Assembly: GCA_030390025.1 (NCBI GenBank) | Contig: CM059432.1 | Coordinates: 31,126,001 to 31,190,000, forward strand | Length of the DNA stretch: 64,000 bases | Origin: Squalus acanthias | Lineage: Eukaryota | Direction of reading: 5' to 3' | Shown here: piece after piece, positions 60,151-64,000 of the stretch | Position numbering within the stretch: the first letter of the stretch is position 1 | Layout of the letters: every line of letters starts with the position of its first letter | The notes under the pieces: model-generated | Told to the model about the DNA's origin: nothing | The model's database searches: none | What the model saw: the letters and a program-made list of their open reading frames with translations, nothing else | Translations under genes and position numbers: made by a program

Positions 60151-61618
60151 ACTGGAGAGGGATGATGTATGCAATGGGTCAAAGGTAGAATCAATTTGGT
60201 TAGAATTAAGGAACAATAGAGGAGCTATTACGTTGCTGGGTGTATACAATAGGCCACCAAATAGTGGGAAGGATATAGAGAAGCAGATTTGAAGGCAAAT
60301 TACAGAAAGATGCAAGAACTACAGAGTAGTGATAATGGGGGACTTCAATTATCCTTTTATAGACTGGGATAATAACAGTGTAAAGGGAAAAGAGGAGGAG
60401 GAATTCCTGAAATGTATACAAGAGAGCTTTCTTGATCAGTGTGTTTCCAGCCCAATGAGGAAGGAAGAAGTGTTGGATCTAGTTCTAGGGAATTAATTGG
60501 AACAAATGGAGCATGTTTCAGTGGGGGGAGCATTTGGGGAATAGTGATCATAATATCATCAGGTTAGAAGAGTTATGGAAAAGGACAAGGAACAATCAGC
60601 ATAAAAATAGTTAACTGGAGGAGGACTAACTTCAGTTAGTTGAAAAGTGATCTGGCCCAGGTGGATTGGAATCAAAAATTGGTAGGCAAAACAGTAATTG
60701 GACAATGGGAGGCCTTCAAGGAAGAGATGGTTCAGGTACAGAATAGATACATTCCCACAAGGGAGAAAGGAAGGGCATCCAAAGCTAAAGCTTCCTAGAT
60801 GACAAAAATACATAGATTAAAATGAGACAGAAAGAGGAGGCTTATGACAAATGTAAGGTACATACTACAGTAGAGAACTAAGCTGAAGATAGAAAGTGGA
60901 GATCTAAAAATGGGAATGAGGGGCAAAGAGAGAGTATGAGAATAGATTAGCGGCTAACATAAAAGGGAATGCAAAAGTCTTTTATAAACATATAAATAGT
61001 AAAAGGGTAGTCAATGGAAGGGTGGGGTCAATTAGGGACTAAAAAGGAAATTTTCTCGTGGAGGCAGAGGGCATGGCTGAGGTACTAAATGAATACTTTG
61101 CACCTGTCTTCACTAGAGAAGAGGATGTTGCCAATGTAGCAGTAAAGGAGGAGGGAGTAATGATATTGGATGATACTTGAAAGATTGGCAGTACTCAAAG
61201 TAGAAAAATCATCTAGTCCGGATTGGATGCATCCTAGGTTACTCGGAAGTATGGGTTGAAATTGCGGAGGCTCTGGCCACAGATTTCCAATCCTCCTTAG
61301 TTATGGGGTTGGTTTCAGAGGACTGGTGGTTTGCAAATGTTACAACCATGTTTAAAAAAGGGGAGAGGGATAAACTCGACAACTACAAGCCAGTCAGCTT
61401 AACATCGGTGGTGGGGGACAATAATCTGGGACAAAATTTATTGGCATTTTGAAAAACATAGGCTAATAAATGAAAGTCAGTACTGATTTGTGAAAAGCAA
61501 ATCGTGTTTGACTAACTTGATTGAGTTCTTTGATGAAGTAACGGAGGGGGTTGATGTTGCATATGTGGACTTACAAAAAGAGTTTGACGAAGTACCACAT
61601 TATAGTTGATGGAGACAC

Positions 61619-62180
61619 AGGAGGAATTTTTCGGCGAGTCGGGTGGGAAATTTTTTTTTTTGACAGCGAATCGGGACCCCGCTGTCAACCCACCGCCATG
61701 CGACTTTCCCAGATGTCGGTTCTGTCAGGGCTGAACAGATCTGACACACAGCGGCGGGGAGGCAATTCAGGTCAATATGACCTTGTTAACAGCCCATTAA
61801 AAAGTATTTTGAGCTCACCTTACCATTTTACGAGGTCGCCCACGGGGTCCACGCTGCTTGGGGATCACATCAGGTAAGGAGGTCGGGAGTTGTATGACCA
61901 TGGAATCATCTCATTGCAGCTGCAAATGTGCTATAAAAGCTCCCATCTCACAGCTGTTCACTTTCCAACACAACTGTCAAAATAAATTTGTGCGCAGTCC
62001 CTTTAAGGAAACCGGCTGATGACGCATCATCAAATGATGTCACCAGACCCGCTTCCTTCGCTTGGCCGGCAAACACGCTGGGTGGGCTTAACAAGTCCAA
62101 TCAACGTAAAATCATTCTACAGAGTGGGCTGAGCCAGCAGTGGGGTCGGGACCCTCCAACGACGTCGCCCGCCACGGACT
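61619..62180. mobile_element. Harbinger-type MITE (family A related)
   Basis: Collinear with 37463-38525 (ccctttaaggaaaccggctgatgacgc..ggcttaacaag..caatcaa). Confidence 0.6.
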
Positions 62181-64000
62181 CAAAAGTAGAAAAGTGTTTA
62201 ATTTTCCATCAGTGTCACCCTTCACATTAATAATAAAATGTAACACAAAATGTCACCAAAATTCACATCAAAAAAGCAAAGGACAAGCAATTGTGTTTGC
62301 TTCTGCTGTTCCTTTTAAGGAGATAGTATATTGTCATTTTCATCACCTGCTATCTTCATATCTACCTACCTTCATAAAGTAACCCACTAATTTTGAGGTA
62401 AGGATAGAGAGCTTTCTGGTACTTATTCCTTTACCTATTGACTATAAGAGGAAAAAACAATTTGGAGCAAGAAGTACAAGAACGTCAGAATATCCCGAGT
62501 GAGAAAAGGCCTTTTACCAGATCAAGCTCACTCCATCTGGAGTCCACGTAAGGTTATTCTATCTTTGAACTAACACCCGCATCAACTGTTGATCCCCTAC
62601 TTTAAGGAAGATTAAGTTTCTTCTTCTACCTCTACTAAAAAAATCCAGCAGTATTATTAAAACCTCTATGACCTTCAATCCTGCTCAACAGATATCAAGG
62701 GACCCACTGGTGTATCACACCTTTTTAAAGGGGTGATTCCAATGATATCCTGGTAGTCTTTTCCACATATCTACTGTCTTATGGAGCAAATAGGGTTTTT
62801 CCTACTCTCTAACCTTGATTGAAGCTTGTGAATGTTGTACTTGCATCCTCTATTCCTTTTATCATTGTTTAGGATACTCTTTTACTGCTACCTTTTGTCC
62901 TGAAGCTGTATAATCAATCTAGCACACTGGTTCCAAACCAATATTTCACATTAGCCAGTGTTCTGCACCAATGGTTTATACAGTCTAGAAAGCATCTTAT
63001 CCTGACCTAAATAGAGTATTGTGATGGTTAGAGGAACATTAACTATGTATGCGGTCATTGACGTGTTGCTAGCTTAAGTATCTGAGCAAATGTAATGTAT
63101 TTTTATTTCTATTAGCTACTAGATCGAGTAATGAGTGTAAAGACCACAAATTGACCATAATTGCTTTACCAGGCTGAAAGAACATATATGGTTCTTATTG
63201 TGAATTTATTGGGGTAAATTTTGGTCCGTGGTCCATTTTTGGACCCAGACTCGGCGATTCGCAACCAGCGCACACCCGAACCGACAGACCCAAGGATCAA
63301 TGGAAACTAATCCTGAGGTCTCATGAGCAGACTCGAAGAGGTGCTGGTCATGCCTCCACAGGCAGCTCGCCTGATTAAAGAGATCAATGTCAGGCCACCT
63401 GCCTCAACGGCAGTGTCCCTCAGGTAAGTGCCGGAGGGGAGATTGGAGCTGACTACAGGTGGGGTGGATCGTGACATCTTGGGAGACGGGGAACATTCCT
63501 GCTCCTCCCGCTCCAGAGTAACTTTTTTTTTGAAAGGAAAAATTGAGCTTACCACTTGTGGTGGGATGGGCCTGACGCCTGCTCCTCCCACTAATGTCTG
63601 GATGGGGTCTCTCAGCAGACATTCGGCCCTTAATTTACATACTTAAGTTTCCTAATACCTGTTTTAGGTGTCTTCCTAGGATGCCTAAAAAAAGGACCCA
63701 ACAAATTTAGCAGTGGAATCAACGCCTGCGCAGTTGAGGCAGAGGCTGTCCCACCGTTGATTTGGTATTCTTTGCACCCGTGGTCTATGTTGTGGATCCA
63801 TGCATACTAGGAATTGGAATAAGACTGCCCAAACTCATTTCACACTAGATCCTTTTGAGCTAATCATGGGACCGATTTTGGTCTTGTTCTCACCTCTTTT
63901 ACCAAAGAGAATGGGGTGATACCACAACAACAACAACAACAACTTGCATTTATATAGCACCTTTGATGTAGTAAAAGCGTCTCAAGCCACTTCACAGAAG

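Larger units (their letters stand above)
56862..61605 (+). mobile_element. CR1 LINE (ORF1 SGNH-esterase and ORF2 endonuclease/RT start), split by a nested CR1
   Basis: CCLPGARVKDI..VGTNDIG..DGLHLN; NARSMVNK..ITETWL; resumes at about 60151 with LERDD..VESIWLELRN..YNRPP..GDFN. Confidence 0.9.

Noticed and set aside
55006..64000. crhr2 terminal exon (VRSAxRKRW...)
   Set aside because: No matching sequence seen; presumably downstream of the window.

Overview
Vertebrate genomic DNA, most likely from a cartilaginous fish (shark-type repeat landscape; this is an inference). The only host gene I can support is the 7-transmembrane part of corticotropin-releasing hormone receptor 2 (crhr2) on the + strand. 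It has eight GT-AG exons (14147-14253, 16455-16572, 29951-30104, 30439-30499, 39135-39207, 46336-46421, 54650-54785, 54964-55005) that splice in frame to 777 nt / 259 aa. I did not find the N-terminal extracellular-domain exons or the last exon in the window. Nearly all tracked ORFs are transposon debris: L2 and CR1 LINEs, a second CR1/Jockey-group LINE with a partner tRNA-SINE, Deu-domain (SacSINE1-like), AmnSINE2-like and LF-SINE-like SINEs, a Penelope-like element with a 14-bp TSD, many PIF/Harbinger-type MITEs, a Harbinger transposase fossil and minisatellites. Main observations: (1) the shifted frame of the 118-nt exon stays open for exactly 38 codons, like the tail of the mouse soluble CRFR2-alpha variant; (2) an intronic CpG-rich region has a candidate alternative first exon in phase with the TM1 exon; (3) five perfect CRE palindromes, all carried by MITEs; (4) a 186-bp locally templated inverted duplication and two 57-58-bp fold-back hairpins. 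All of this was read by eye. Repeat family names come from recalled consensus sequences, and repeat boundaries without a TSD are approximate.
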